Counted from the whole stretch's first letter, positions 22,052 to 35,078 are shown. The stretch is DNA of 63,947 nt, filler included, from Globobulimina sp. (GCA_003354225.1; 5 parts of 5 records of this genome joined end to end with filler, not necessarily neighbours in it), one strand, 5' to 3'. A program made the numbers and translations. Notes: generated by a model from the sequence alone, not told the origin.

Positions 22052-22871
22052 GAATAGGACAGACAGAAGGACATAGGAAACTACTCAAACACAAATTGAA
22101 AATTGGAATATGGAAGCTGAAAGAGAGGAAATGGAGACTACAGATCAGCTTGAGCAATGGGCGATGGAAACAAATGATACAATATTGAGCAAGATGAATG
22201 AAACTGTTGAAATGCAAAATATTGAGAAGGAAAATACAGTTGACAAGCATGAGCAAATGCCACAATTCATCGAATAATGTGCAAATGCCATTAACTATTT
22301 GCCTATATGTAAATATGATATTTTATGACGCGTTTTGCTTTTGCTAATTTTTACAAAACAACATATGATTGTTGCATTGTTTAAAATGAAATATCAAAGT
22401 TTCGATAATTTGTATTCAGATTCAAAGGGAGTTTAATAGAATTTTTTTTAGTGAAGTTACATGAATTTCGCAATTAAGAACAAACAATTGCAATGTTCTA
22501 CGTTGCAATCGGTTGCATTCTAACACGTGCATTCAAACACGTGCATTCGAACAAATATATATTTGATAAAAACATTAAAAAAAAATTATACGATACTAAA
22601 CATGGATCGAAGAACTTAACAAAAAAAAGAAACAACGCAGGCCCAAATATCATGAATAACATGCAGTTTTTGAGCAACAAATATATATTCATATATCGTA
22701 TCGATGAAGTGATACAAGAAATGCTTCATAACGCATATAATCTGATTAATACTCATCTATTCATCACATTATTCGACAGCTGCGATATATGTTCATAATT
22801 TATATAATTAGTATCTATTAATAAATCTCCAACTCCTGTTCAACTCAAAATCTGAAAACATTAAATCACCA

Positions 22872-24485
22872 ATGAACTGGTATTGTTTCATCACGGGCTT
22901 CACAGCAGGAATCTGTGGTTTTATTTTCGGATACTGTGTGCAGAATCTGAAACAAAAATATTTTGCACTCGACAAAGGGATTATGGAACGAAGTAAGTTC
23001 GCAATGTATTCAAAATGGAAAGGGAAACAAGCAATGAATGCAAAGTTAAATGAAATCACACAAGTCATGAGGCAACACTTCATTCCTGAAAGCATTGCGC
23101 AATATGCAACAAATAAATCAATGCCACTTGAATCAAAGAATGAACAGGAACTGATGGCATTGTTGACAGAGTGGTCTGAGATTGAAAAAAAAACGTGGGA
23201 TGGCCGAAAAAGTTATTCATCAAGTAGAGTGTACCATGGCGCAAAAGAGTTATCTTTAATTCAAAACCGTGCATTTTCATTATTTTCATATTCAAATGCA
23301 TTTCACTGCACCGCCCATCCATTTGTCAGAAAAATGGAATCTGAGATTGTTTCGATGACAGTAACATTGTTTGGAGGTAATTGTAGAAATGGTCCCCGTG
23401 GACAATGTGGCATATTAACTACAGGTGGCACGGAATCAATCATTCTGGCATTAAGAGCTTACGTAAACTATGCAAGAAAGCACAAAAATATTCATGATCC
23501 TGAACTCATTGTTCCAAACTCAGCTCATGGAGCATTTCACAAAGGCTGCGATTTAATGAATATTAAAATTATTAGAGTGAATGTTGATGATAGTACATAC
23601 TGCGTGTCATCAAAACAAATTGAAAAATACATTACCTCACAAACAATTGCCATTATTGCTTCAGCTCCACAGTTTGCTCAGGGTGTAATGGACCCAATAA
23701 GCGACTTATCAGCACTTGCAGTAAAATATGATATCGGTTTACATATTGACTGTTGTTTGGGTAGTTTTATGTTACCAACATTAAAATTGATTGGTGGCTA
23801 TCATATTCCAGAATTTGACTTTACATTGGATGGTGTCACTTCAATATCATGTGACACACATAAATTTGGGTTTGCACCCAAGGGTACCTCAGTTGTCATG
23901 TTTAAAAATAAAGAATTGAGAAAACATGCATACTTTTGTTATCCTGATTTATCACAGGGTTTGTATGCAACTGCCACAATCGCTGGCAGTCGTTCTGGAG
24001 GTTTAGTTGCTGCAACGTGGGTGACAATGATGCATTTGGGATATTCTGGTTATGTTAAGCATTTTGAAAGAATCATGAAATCTGTTGAAATTATTAAACA
24101 AGGCTTGAGTGAAATAAAATATATTGAAATCATGGGCTATCCAGTTATGTCAATAATTGGAATGAGATTGAATCAAAAAGAATGCAATCAAATACCTGAA
24201 TTAGACATTATGAAAATATCAGCAGCAATGTCGGAAAGAGGATGGAAATTTGATCATTGCCAAAGTCCAACAAGTATTCATTTTTGTTTCACAGTGAAAA
24301 ATTGTGAAAAGCCAAATAAGTTCTTAAAAGACATGAAAGAGTCAATTAACGATGTTATGAAATCACCTGACAAATTCAAGCATTCATCGGCTCTCGTTTA
24401 TCGGAAGATACACGCAATCCCATCAAAAACATTTAAAAAAGACATTTTGGCAAGTTATTGGGATGTTATGTACGGAATTTATTGA
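22872..24485 (+). CDS. SGPL1: Sphingosine-1-phosphate lyase (PLP-dependent)
   Basis: N-terminal TM, KMESEIVSM, TTGGTESIILA, HIDCCLGSF, SISCDTHKFGFAPKG (PLP lysine), GSRSGG. Confidence 0.9.
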   Translation: MNWYCFITGFTAGICGFIFGYCVQNLKQKYFALDKGIMERSKFAMYSKWKGKQAMNAKLNEITQVMRQHFIPESIAQYATNKSMPLESKNEQELMALLTEWSEIEKKTWDGRKSYSSSRVYHGAKELSLIQNRAFSLFSYSNAFHCTAHPFVRKMESEIVSMTVTLFGGNCRNGPRGQCGILTTGGTESIILALRAYVNYARKHKNIHDPELIVPNSAHGAFHKGCDLMNIKIIRVNVDDSTYCVSSKQIEKYITSQTIAIIASAPQFAQGVMDPISDLSALAVKYDIGLHIDCCLGSFMLPTLKLIGGYHIPEFDFTLDGVTSISCDTHKFGFAPKGTSVVMFKNKELRKHAYFCYPDLSQGLYATATIAGSRSGGLVAATWVTMMHLGYSGYVKHFERIMKSVEIIKQGLSEIKYIEIMGYPVMSIIGMRLNQKECNQIPELDIMKISAAMSERGWKFDHCQSPTSIHFCFTVKNCEKPNKFLKDMKESINDVMKSPDKFKHSSALVYRKIHAIPSKTFKKDILASYWDVMYGIY

Positions 24486-24524
24486 GACAGTTTGAAAGCT
24501 GATGTTTTGTTGTTTCAAATACCA

Positions 24525-24526
24525 TT

Positions 24527-24570
<44 letters not shown>

Positions 24571-24571
24571 T
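24525..24571 (+). repeat. (TTTC)n microsatellite
   Basis: About 11-12 tandem TTTC units. Confidence 0.95.
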
Positions 24572-25822
24572 AGGTCAGTTTATTGTGCATTTTTGCTTTG
24601 AAAAAACTTCTCCCACTGCATTATCATCAATATCCATCTGACTTATTGGTGCAAAATCAACTTTTTTTGCAAGAGTAGTACATGCAAAAATTTATGGATG
24701 ACTAATTGACTATGCTTCATCTTTGGGATGTTAATATTTTGCAAAAGACATACAATGCAATAATTTTATTTGTAGCATATTCTCTTGTAGCAGTTTGTGA
24801 TACTTTGTATTCATTGAATACTCTTTTGTAGTGGTCTGTAGTTCGATCAATTCGATCAGTCCGGCCAATCAGACTCAGATATCCTCCGTAGCCAGGACTG
24901 CCTGGCGATATTAATCGTTTGAATCTTTATGGTTTTTTTAATGAAGTTAACATGAATCTCGCAATTAAAAACAAACAATGGCGATGTTCTCTGTTGCAAT
25001 CGGTTGCATTCGAACACGTTGCAGTTATTATTTCAGGGAGGTTATTTCAGGGAGGTTATTTGAACTCATCGTATACGACACTGCATTCCCAAAGTGAATA
25101 ATAGATTCAGAACATTACAATATTTATCCAATCAGCCAGACAGAGATGAATCAGCTAGTGATTTTATTGTATTTGAACTCATCGTATATGACACTGACTT
25201 ACAAAATCCAAACAATAAAACGATGTTTTTATGATTGCTATGATTGTTGGACCATAATATGTTGGACAATGAATATGTTTTTGTGTGGGATGGAGGGAAA
25301 TGTGATATGTTGGACAATGAATATGTTTTTGTTGTGGCATGTGGGAGAAGTGATCGATTCAAGTGAATGATAATATAGGAGGAGGTCTGAGGATAACAAA
25401 TAACTTATTCGTTGCATTCGTGTGTCACACAAGTGCAAATGTATGTTTGCTTTTATGATTGGCATAGAAAAAATGTATAGCGAATCAAAATGTGTGTTTG
25501 AAATGTATGTTTGCTTCCAAATTGCAAACATTGATTCACAGAATATGCTGCTGTTCGCCCCCGTAAGCGTTTCGTTGTTTCCAAAATATTGGTCGATTTC
25601 TGAAAAATTTGTATACAAAGTTTGATAATTGAAGAGTCGTCATTTAAAAGGAACACTTAACTCTTTTTTTAGCTATATCCAATCATACAATCTTATCCTA
25701 ACAAAATCCGATGACTCTGATCCTTGCGCATAATATTACGATCCATACCCAATCAAACCAATATCAAATGATAACTTTGTCTATGCTTCAGACGTTGAAA
25801 ATATGGCAATAAATTGGAATTT

Positions 25823-26295
25823 CCATTATTGACTGTTTCTGTCGTTGTGATCATTGTTTTTGTGTCTCATTTGGCTCATATTGACTGTTCGAAATTAATG
25901 CATTTGCTGATTATTCTGCCATTGTCAATCGGGAATCTTTGATTTGCTGGTTATTCCTGTGTGTTTGCCTGATTGATGGCAGTGTTTGGAATCAATATTT
26001 GAGGTTCGTGCTTTGCCATTGCTTATCCAGATTAGTGTTTAAGTTTTTCAAAATTTTCAGTGAGTAGAGCAATGGCTAGCTAAAATTAATAATATATGAA
26101 CCTCCAATATTGATTCCAAACACTGCCATCAATCAGGCAAACACACAGGAATAACCAGCAAATCAAAGATTCCCGATTGACAATGGCAGATACACAGATT
26201 ATCTCCATCAACAAATGCATTGATTTCGAACAGTCATATGAGCCAAATGAGACACAAAAACAATGACCACAACGACAAAAACATCTCAATAATGG
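25823..26295. repeat. Imperfect long inverted repeat (foldback): arms 25823-26007 and 26098-26295
   Basis: Arms are reverse complements with scattered mismatches and one indel; 90-bp spacer. Confidence 0.88.
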
Positions 26296-26605
26296 CTTGA
26301 GTTGACCAGGATCGATCCAATAGTCAAAATGGTTGTCATATTCGAATCAAACACCCCAAAATTAGTCTAGAAAGAATATCCAAACAGCTGTTTGAAAATC
26401 TTTTTTTTCTGCGACTATACTAGGATGTGATTTTAGTCGGACATCGTAGATTAATTGATCGAAGTCGGACAGCGTAGATTAATTGAGTCACAATGCGATT
26501 TTTAATTGAAAAAATTGAAAAATAGATGGCCTTTGACCATGATCAGGATGATAGAAATGATATTGTGAAGGTCATAAACAGTTCCAATCATCATAGAAGA
26601 TGGCA

Positions 26606-26724
26606 AAAACATGGTTTACATTTGAATCTAAAAGGATGAGATTCCATCATTTCATTATACGTAATGTTTCCATTGTCTTTCTTTGATTCAAACAGTTTGT
26701 TACATTAATTAATTTCTTCGCAAT
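26606..26724 (+). repeat. 119-bp terminal direct repeat (copy 2)
   Basis: Identical to 13820-13938. Confidence 0.95.
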
Positions 26725-26824
26725 NNNNNNNNNNNNNNNNNNNNNNNNNNNNNNNNNNNNNNNNNNNNTTAATTAATTAANNNNNNNNNNNNNNNNNNNN
26801 NNNNNNNNNNNNNNNNNNNNNNNN
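26725..26824. other. Artificial contig linker
   Basis: N-run + TTAATTAATTAA + N-run. Confidence 0.99.
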
Positions 26825-29800
26825 GGCGGCATAACAATACTTTTGATGGGTCCTTTACACTGACATTGTAAAGCGTGATAATCTGCAATTTCTACGCATT
26901 TATTCTTCATACATTCATTTAAATAATCTTCGACATTCTCAAAACCAATATTTCCACTCATAAATTGCATACACGATCCATCAGAATCGCTGCCGAAATA
27001 TATATTTTGCTCAATTCTTTCGGTACAATACACATCGCCAACTTTACCATCGTTGAATGTGTCGCAGCCTTCAATGGTTTCGGCAAAAAAAATGCTTCCA
27101 CTCTTTGCTGCAGCGTTGCAAATCCATCGTATGCCCGAAACTTGAGCCTTATCATTAATCCGAAAACAAGCTGCCGAACAACTGACCTCTCCGTCATATA
27201 GAATATTAAAATCATATCCATACATTTTATCCCATTTATTAAGTATGCTCACTTGACTATGATTTTTTATTTGTGCATTATAATCAGCAACGACCCACTT
27301 TCTCCAACCATTACATTGACACTCCACTGCAAACTCATCCATTCTGTCCACACAAGTCCCAGCAAGACAATCCCGCAGAAATTCTTCGTGATTTGGTAAA
27401 CATTTATGGTCCACAACCACATCCTCCATGAATTGGTCGCCACCATTCTTCAATTCTGATCCACATTTTACTGCGGGACCACTACTTTGCCCTTTATCTA
27501 TAAATCGAACACCAACTAATTCGCCATTTATTTCTTTACAACTTTGTGTGCAGTCCACCTCTCCGTTTAAACCATACAAATCCGGCTCAGTAAAACCCAT
27601 TTCCTGCTTCCAACCTCTTTGCATAGCACTGGCATAAATTGGTAGTATCCACTCACTCCATCCATATTCCTCAAATAGCTTCCTTCGCTTCTCATATTTA
27701 TCTGCAATATTGATACATTTTTGTTGTGTTTCTGCATTCTCTAAAAAGGGACTGGCTGGATCCAAATCTGTCTCTTCAATGTCATATAATTCGGGATAAC
27801 TAAACTTAATTACATCTGTCGCATTTGCTTTTGCTTTTGTTTGATTCGTATATTTATTTTTTAATTCAACATAGGTCAATTCCTGACATTTACCAGTTTC
27901 ACTTTGATTTAGTTCCAATATCTTGCCGGTTAGACATAGCTGTGCCCATTGAACCAGTTTCTTGCGTTTAATATTTGCGGATTCTTTTTTTTTATCAATC
28001 AGAGTTTGTGCCACATCTATGCCGATTCCATGACTGATAGCCATAAATATGTCGAAAGTAGGCATACTAAATGATTTTGTGTATTTGGAAGATAATGCAT
28101 TTGCTTTTACACTCAAAATATCTGTTAAATCTGCAGGTTTTTTATCGTCAGTGTCATCTGGATTGTTACTGTCCGAATTATCCACAGCCATCCTGTACCC
28201 ACCAATATTAAATTTGGCCTGTAAATAAGTAACACTTTGAGACATATCTGGTTCCATTTCATTCTCAATGGCGTTATCACCAAATCTGAACACAGCATCG
28301 CAGGAAACCTGTATCACACCATCGAGCATAGTAAATTGGCACATTATTGGTTTATGAGTATGTAACCCTTTTGGCCCCGGCGGATCGTAATTGGTGTGAT
28401 TTATTTGTGTCATTGTCAGTAATATTCCTCTGCCAAAAAATATGCCACTGCCTATAAACTTTGCCGTCTGTTTAAATCCTTGGCCATTTGGACCGGAACA
28501 CATTGCAAATATGTCATCCGCGGCGATACCCATTGTTAAGGCATACCAGTTCTGCGCACATTTTATGGCTTTCTGAGAGGAGAAAATATCCATTGATACT
28601 TTGGTAATAAAATTATGTGAATCTTCCATTTCATTGTATCGCAGTCTCCAATCATAGACTTGAAGCGTTTTAAACAAAGTGATATATAATTGATCATAAA
28701 TGAGTTCAATATTGACATTTGGCCGTATTTCTCCTTTGCATGGCAATGGATTTAAGTATTTCTCCGTCAACTCTTTAATACTTTTAATTGTTGCAAATAA
28801 TTTGAAAATGATATATCTTAATGGCCCGAAAGGATCCATATCACCGTTGATATAGAAACCAATTCGAATATCGATATTTAATAATTGCCAGATTGTAACC
28901 TGTGAAATGGAGTTAATTTCATCGCCATCGCGATAGATCTGGAAAAAATTATTTCTGTCCCAAAAAGCAAGCTGTTGGTAAGCTGTCGAATATTCACTCT
29001 GATAATTAGAAAAAATAATATTTTTGCCACGGAAATATGAAATACAAAACAATGGATTTTCTACAAAGTTTGTTGGCAGATTTTTTAAAATGTCACAGGG
29101 TGAAATCCCATTCCCTCTGCCTTCAATTTTCAATGTGATTGCCAATGAATCGGTTGTTGTATTTGCAAAATTGGAGTCTAAACCATATGCTTTTGCCCTG
29201 TCAATAACTCTTTCTTTCATTGATTTTTCCAGTGTGATAGTGTACGGCTTATAATTTGGATCACGTTGTGGCTTACTCTCTGAATAAATATATAATTTGG
29301 CATTGGGCGGAGTGGTTAGCCATGCTTCAATTTGCCAGATATAATTCAAAAATAAAATATTTCCAGAAACCATCGAATTCCATTCTTCTAAGTCGACATC
29401 AAACAATTTACCATTTTTATCGAATGTTTTTTTATTATATTTTTGCGAAATAAGTTTTATTTTTGTTTGAGTTTCTGGATTAAACCCAATGGATCAATTA
29501 TTTATAATTAATGACGATGGATTATTTGGCAAGGACTGAGAAAATAAATTCAATGTACTTTCATCCACCAAACAATCATCGATGATACATTTATTTTGAG
29601 CTGTTTCAATATGTAAAAATAATAAACATTCTGCGGCTGTTTTTGGTGCATTAATGATATCATTTATATCAAAAGTAACAATTGCAATATATTTTGTGTT
29701 TAATTCATTTTTGTTTTCATTTTCATTCCATTCTAATTTTATATGCTTTGCATAATTATTTTCTCCAAATTTATGCGATTTCATTTTAAACAGATTTAAT

Positions 29801-30663
29801 AATTTGAAATGCAGAGATTTTAGTTCTGAGGTCGCATTTTCTCGATTTTCTTGCATTAATCGTCGACGTCTTCGTGTTTTTATGTCAATGCTTCGTATTC
29901 CCATTGTAACATAATATAAATATTTGTCATATTTGAATGGTTTAATTTTAATAACAAGTCTTCGAATATCAATCTCTAAAATGGCAGCCAAATCCGACGA
30001 TAAACCACTACCAAAATTTAATAAGTTTACAGGTTTCGAATGTTGATCAAATGTAATATTAAATGCATATTCAATCGACACATTTGAAATTGGTTTATAT
30101 TCAGCTGGCAACATTTTGGTTGAATCAAATATAATTTCTGGTGATGGAAGTTTATAATTTGGTATTTTTATATTTTGTAAATATAAAATAATACCAATTA
30201 CAGAGAAAATAATGAATAATAATAAACTCATAGTGATACACATTCTGTTTTTTTTATTTTGATGACCTCCATCGATACTTATTATATTTCCATGTAAATC
30301 CGTTTGAGTCTGATTTGTATCATTCTTATTTCCGATCTTTGAATAATCAAATCCACCAAACGCATTTACCATATTTTTAAAAGCATTAAATACGACATCT
30401 GTTAATGTGGCATTGTTTTGAATGATGAAGGGGTCAATGGCATATTGTTGAGGCCATGAATCTGATGTCAATGAAGATTGACTGTTTTGTTGTATTTCAT
30501 ATTCATATGACGGAAATGAAGAGGAATCTGTTGATTTTTCATTGCCTGAAACAGATTTTGACGATAATGACACAGTATGTGCATTCACTGATTCTTCATT
30601 TATCAAACTTGTGGTTTCTTGCATTAAATCATCATCAATCAATAATTCATTCTCAGTTGCCAT
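26825..30663 (-). CDS. Large single-pass membrane protein of unknown function with Cys-rich C-terminal repeats (3' end cut by contig end)
   Basis: ORFs 29494-30663 and 26825-29406 are in one frame with one TGA between them; TM MCITMSLLLFIIFSVIGIILYL; RRRRRL furin-like site; duplicated Cys blocks. Confidence 0.7.
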
Positions 30664-30825
30664 AATTTGTGATAGTCCGACAACTTTCTAGTGCCGTTCA
30701 CTGAAAACACAAAAAAACTAAATAAAAAAAAACAATAATTTGGTATATAACAAAATAACAATAATTTTAATCATGCAAATCACAAAATACATATAAAAAG
30801 AGTAATAATACAACACGAAATCAAC

Positions 30826-33554
30826 TCATTTTGCTCCCCATTTTCTTTTCCAAGATCCAAGAAATGATTGGTGTCTCGCCAACGCAGTCGACGTATTTTT
30901 ATTAGATGCGGCATTTGGTGATCGTGACCGAAATATATTAGATGCCGGATTTGGCCGATCATTATTATTCCCATTGTTACGTATACGCGTTGATTGCGGT
31001 CGTAATATATTTCCAAATAAGTCTTTGGCCGAACTCGAGCCACTTTGGAATATTTCCCGCGGCGAACGCGACTTCCTTAACTTATTTTTATTTCCTTTCT
31101 CAGCCACACCCAACTTCTTTTTATGTTTATTTTTCAATGAATTCCTTTCCGCAGTCTTATTCTTACACTTTCTCTTCTTTTTCCTTTTCTTTTTATGATT
31201 GTGTTTGTGCGAAGGATACTTATCCCGAAACTGCATCGCAGGCAACAACAATTCGTACAAATCAAACGACGGATACTTCTGTAACAACTGCAAATTTTCA
31301 GCAAACCCACCGGCCATTAGCTGAGGCCTCACCTTATGGAGCATAGCAATCGCAAAATAACTCACAAATTCAAATCTGTCATGATCCGATAAGAAGGAGT
31401 CCCATAACCGCAGCACTTCCGGCAACTGGAACTCCATCGCCATCAACAACATTAACCAGCGCAATGCATAGAATTTCGAGTCTAAGTCTTGTTTATTTAA
31501 TAAGCTCCATAGCTCAAAATCGACTCTCTCCAACAACTCATCGAACTCATTCACAATCGCAATGATGCCCAACTGCGAATTGTCACTTTCCGCAATAAAC
31601 CTATCCGCTAAATAACTCATCAAATTCATAAAACAAAAGAAAGAGTCCGCCTCTGCGTAGCGATTATTCTCAGACGGGTCCATATTAAATATATAATAGA
31701 TGGGCGCCAACAGCTCATTCATACCCTGCACGTATTCCACCCCTTTATTCAAACGCGCATAGACACACAATATGCGAATCATGACTTGAGCGTGAATGCC
31801 GTGCTGCTTACTGTCCATTACATATCTCTCAATCCGCGCTTTCTTATTTGGATCCACTGCGCGCGAAATCGGTATGGTGCGGCTGCGGCAGTTGGCTTTG
31901 GGGAATTTAATATTTTTGGCCGCCGGCGGGGGCAAATCATTGCCATTCAGTATCGATATCATATGCGGTTTGCCATCAACACCAAACTCGCCATCCACAG
32001 AATCCACAGACTCGATATCCGATATTATCTCATCGTCGGCATTGATTTTCAATAAACTGCGCCTTTTCGGCTTTTTTTCTTGCACTGTGTCTGCTATATA
32101 TATTTAAAAACAGTGTACGTGTTTTTGCTGCGAAGGGGTATTGTCACAGTACGTGGAGCTGGGAGTGGAGCCAGTTGCGGCGTGCCGGCATCACTGTTAT
32201 TGTCAGAGGTGTCGTCGTGGCCAAGTGACTGTGAGCTGGTCATCGAATCATCGAAACTGTCCACTGAGCTCGTTTTGTGTTTGATGTTAGTTTTGCTGTT
32301 TGGTAGGCTGATTATTGGCGGCGCACTGTCCAATTTACGGTGTTTGCCATGGCCAGTCCCGTGCTGTTGGCTTAGCGCAGAGTGAGAAGTGGCAAACTTG
32401 GGCAGATTGGGCTGAGTGGGCATGGTGGAAGACATGGAGGGTGTGATTGGTGGCGGCGGTTCCGTGGAAATGTCGAATGGAAATCGATATTGTTTGCTCA
32501 TGGAGTCGGGACAGATCATGTGGTTACTTCTGAAGAATGCATACGTTTGGTGGGTGCGATGGATGTCTTTTTTGATTCTATTCCATATCTCCCAATCATC
32601 GAAGTATGTCTTCCATGGATTGTTTGGAGTTTGTGCCAATGGGTCGGGATGGTCGGTGTGCTCAAATGACAATGCTTTGGATTTGTTGTTGATCTCTTTG
32701 CCATTTATTAAGATCTTACTGTCGGTCTTTGCATGTCGAAGTTTTGTGGGTTTGGTGGCTTCTTTTTGCTCATTCAACACAATTTCATCAGATTCTGATT
32801 GATTAGTAATGCATAATTGGTCGAACATTGGAAATGACTCTGTTTCATTGTTTGCGTCCTTTGGTATTGGGGTTTCTTCCTCGTTGTCGTTGATATTGTC
32901 ATGGTTTTGTGTGTTATTTTTATTTTTTTCGGTATTGGTTATGCCCAAAACATCATCGATATCATTATCAGAATCAAATAAGCCAGGTTTTGTTTGATGG
33001 TTTTCGTCATCAGACTCTTCAAAAAATATTGATTTTTTCGAATTATTTGGTGGTGGTTGTACATGTGTTGTTTTTTTATGTTTTGTTTTTGTTTTTTCAC
33101 TTTGAAAATATGTACCACATTTGGGTTGGATTAGAGTTTGATGCGCTTCGTTGACATAATCAGAGAAGTTTGCGTCTGACTGACTCGCTGGCCGAGGAGC
33201 AGAAAATGGGCGGACTGATGGATCGGTATTGGGTGTCATTGACGTTGTAATTGGATCATTTTTCTTGTTTTTCTCATTTGTGTTATATGGTTGTCCATTA
33301 TTATATGTTTCAGGATTTTGAAATAATAAATTTATATAAAATTCATATAAATTTCGTTGTTGTTGCAAATGTGATTTCCATTCGGTTGTATTCAATGGCA
33401 AATATCCTAATAATATTTTCCAACACGTTGCTTTTATTGTATTGTTTTCGGGGATCCCTTCAAAACATAATTTTTCCAATTCATTTAAATCAATGAGTTC
33501 TTGTGATAGAATTTTACGAAATAATTCAGTCCTTATTTGGGTCATATTTAACAT
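30826..33554 (-). CDS. TBC-domain Rab GAP, TBC1D13-like; intron 32152-32094
   Basis: CFEGIPE...CWKILLGYLP, IKKDIHRT (IxxDxxR), YVQGMNELLAP (YxQ), EADSFFCF, FYALRWL, RLWD; 59-nt GT-AG intron restores frame. Confidence 0.88.
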
Positions 33555-33699
33555 TTAATATTCAAATGTCACTGTAAAAACACACCTGTTTTCTGTTCTG
33601 ACCGAGGTATTTCTCTTTTTTTGAAATATTTTTTTGTGGTCAAAGTGGAACATTATGATTTCAACCAGTAGAGCCTGAGTAATTTAGTTAGTGACGACA

Positions 33700-34980
33700 A
33701 TGGGCACTACAAATTCAACTATTTCTGGTAATAATAATATAACCGAATTGACTGTATATGGCTTTGTTAGAAGATGCCAACGGAAATATATGAATAAAAC
33801 AATCCCATTGCAGTTATTTCAACTTGTTTTTCAATATTATCAAATAGTAAATATTTATGGAATTGGTTTGAATCAATTTGGTTGTTTAGGATTGGGCTAT
33901 AAAAACATTCCAAAAGATATCAAAACATATCAAAAATTAGAATCATTGGAAAATATAATCATTTCACAGATATATAAAGGATTTCAATCGTTTTTATTTA
34001 TAAATTATCGAAATAAAATATATGTGACAGGGAATAACACTGCAAACCAATTGCAAATATCACAAAATAATGATAATAACAAAGCAATCTTACAACCGAC
34101 ATTAATGAAACATTTTGCAAAGCATTATATTTCATTCGCAAGCAACGGTATCCAGGCAAAGCATACATTCATTAAAACCTCAAATAATAAAATATTTGCA
34201 TTTGGAAACAATACATACGGTCAAATACCACAAATATCAAAGAGCACACATACTGTATTAACACCAAAGCAAATAAAATGTGAATATAATATATCAAATA
34301 TTCAATGTGGAGATAATTTTAGTTTATTTTTGGATGAATCAGGCTTTGTATATGGCTGTGGACCAAACCAATATGGTCAGATTGGCGTCGGTCCAAATAT
34401 TAAAGAAGTATCAGACTTGAAAAGGATTGATGGTTTGAGTGATATTATTGATATTCAGTGCGGCGATCAACACACATTATGCTTAAATAGCAAAGGTATA
34501 TTATTTGGATTTGGTTGCAATATTAATGGCCAGTTAGCCATTCCAAATGAAAAATTTATTTATTTACCAACAATGATTGATGTTAACAATAATAAATTAA
34601 TTCGTAATATTAAATGTGGTGCCAAACATTCCGGTGTCTTAGATTTGGATAATAATATATTTTTATTTGGTGCAAATAATGGTGGACAAGTTGGCAAATC
34701 AAGGAATGAGAGGGATATTTTTGAAGCAATCACACCGCAGAAATTAAAAGACTTAAAAATTAATAATCTGGACTGTGGCAGCAGACATACTGTGGTATTA
34801 ACAGAGGATAATAAAGTGTATACATTTGGATTCAATCAATATAAACAATGTTCAATAACCATTTCAAGTCGGTACATATTTGAACCGTATTTATTAAAAA
34901 AAGCGGAAATTGGAATTGTCAAAGGCTCAATCATACAAATTATTGCTGGATCGTATTCTACGCTGATAGTCACAAATTGA
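33700..34980 (+). CDS. RCC1-repeat protein
   Basis: Repeated G.N.YGQ.G and I.CG..H/F motifs; MG start. Confidence 0.88.
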   Translation: MGTTNSTISGNNNITELTVYGFVRRCQRKYMNKTIPLQLFQLVFQYYQIVNIYGIGLNQFGCLGLGYKNIPKDIKTYQKLESLENIIISQIYKGFQSFLFINYRNKIYVTGNNTANQLQISQNNDNNKAILQPTLMKHFAKHYISFASNGIQAKHTFIKTSNNKIFAFGNNTYGQIPQISKSTHTVLTPKQIKCEYNISNIQCGDNFSLFLDESGFVYGCGPNQYGQIGVGPNIKEVSDLKRIDGLSDIIDIQCGDQHTLCLNSKGILFGFGCNINGQLAIPNEKFIYLPTMIDVNNNKLIRNIKCGAKHSGVLDLDNNIFLFGANNGGQVGKSRNERDIFEAITPQKLKDLKINNLDCGSRHTVVLTEDNKVYTFGFNQYKQCSITISSRYIFEPYLLKKAEIGIVKGSIIQIIAGSYSTLIVTN

Positions 34981-35078
34981 GGTAACTAGTTATCTTTGCT
35001 CAACTCACTTGGAGTTAAAAAGAGTTTGAAATTAAATAATTTTGACCTACTAAATAAATATTAACAAACACAACCTTA

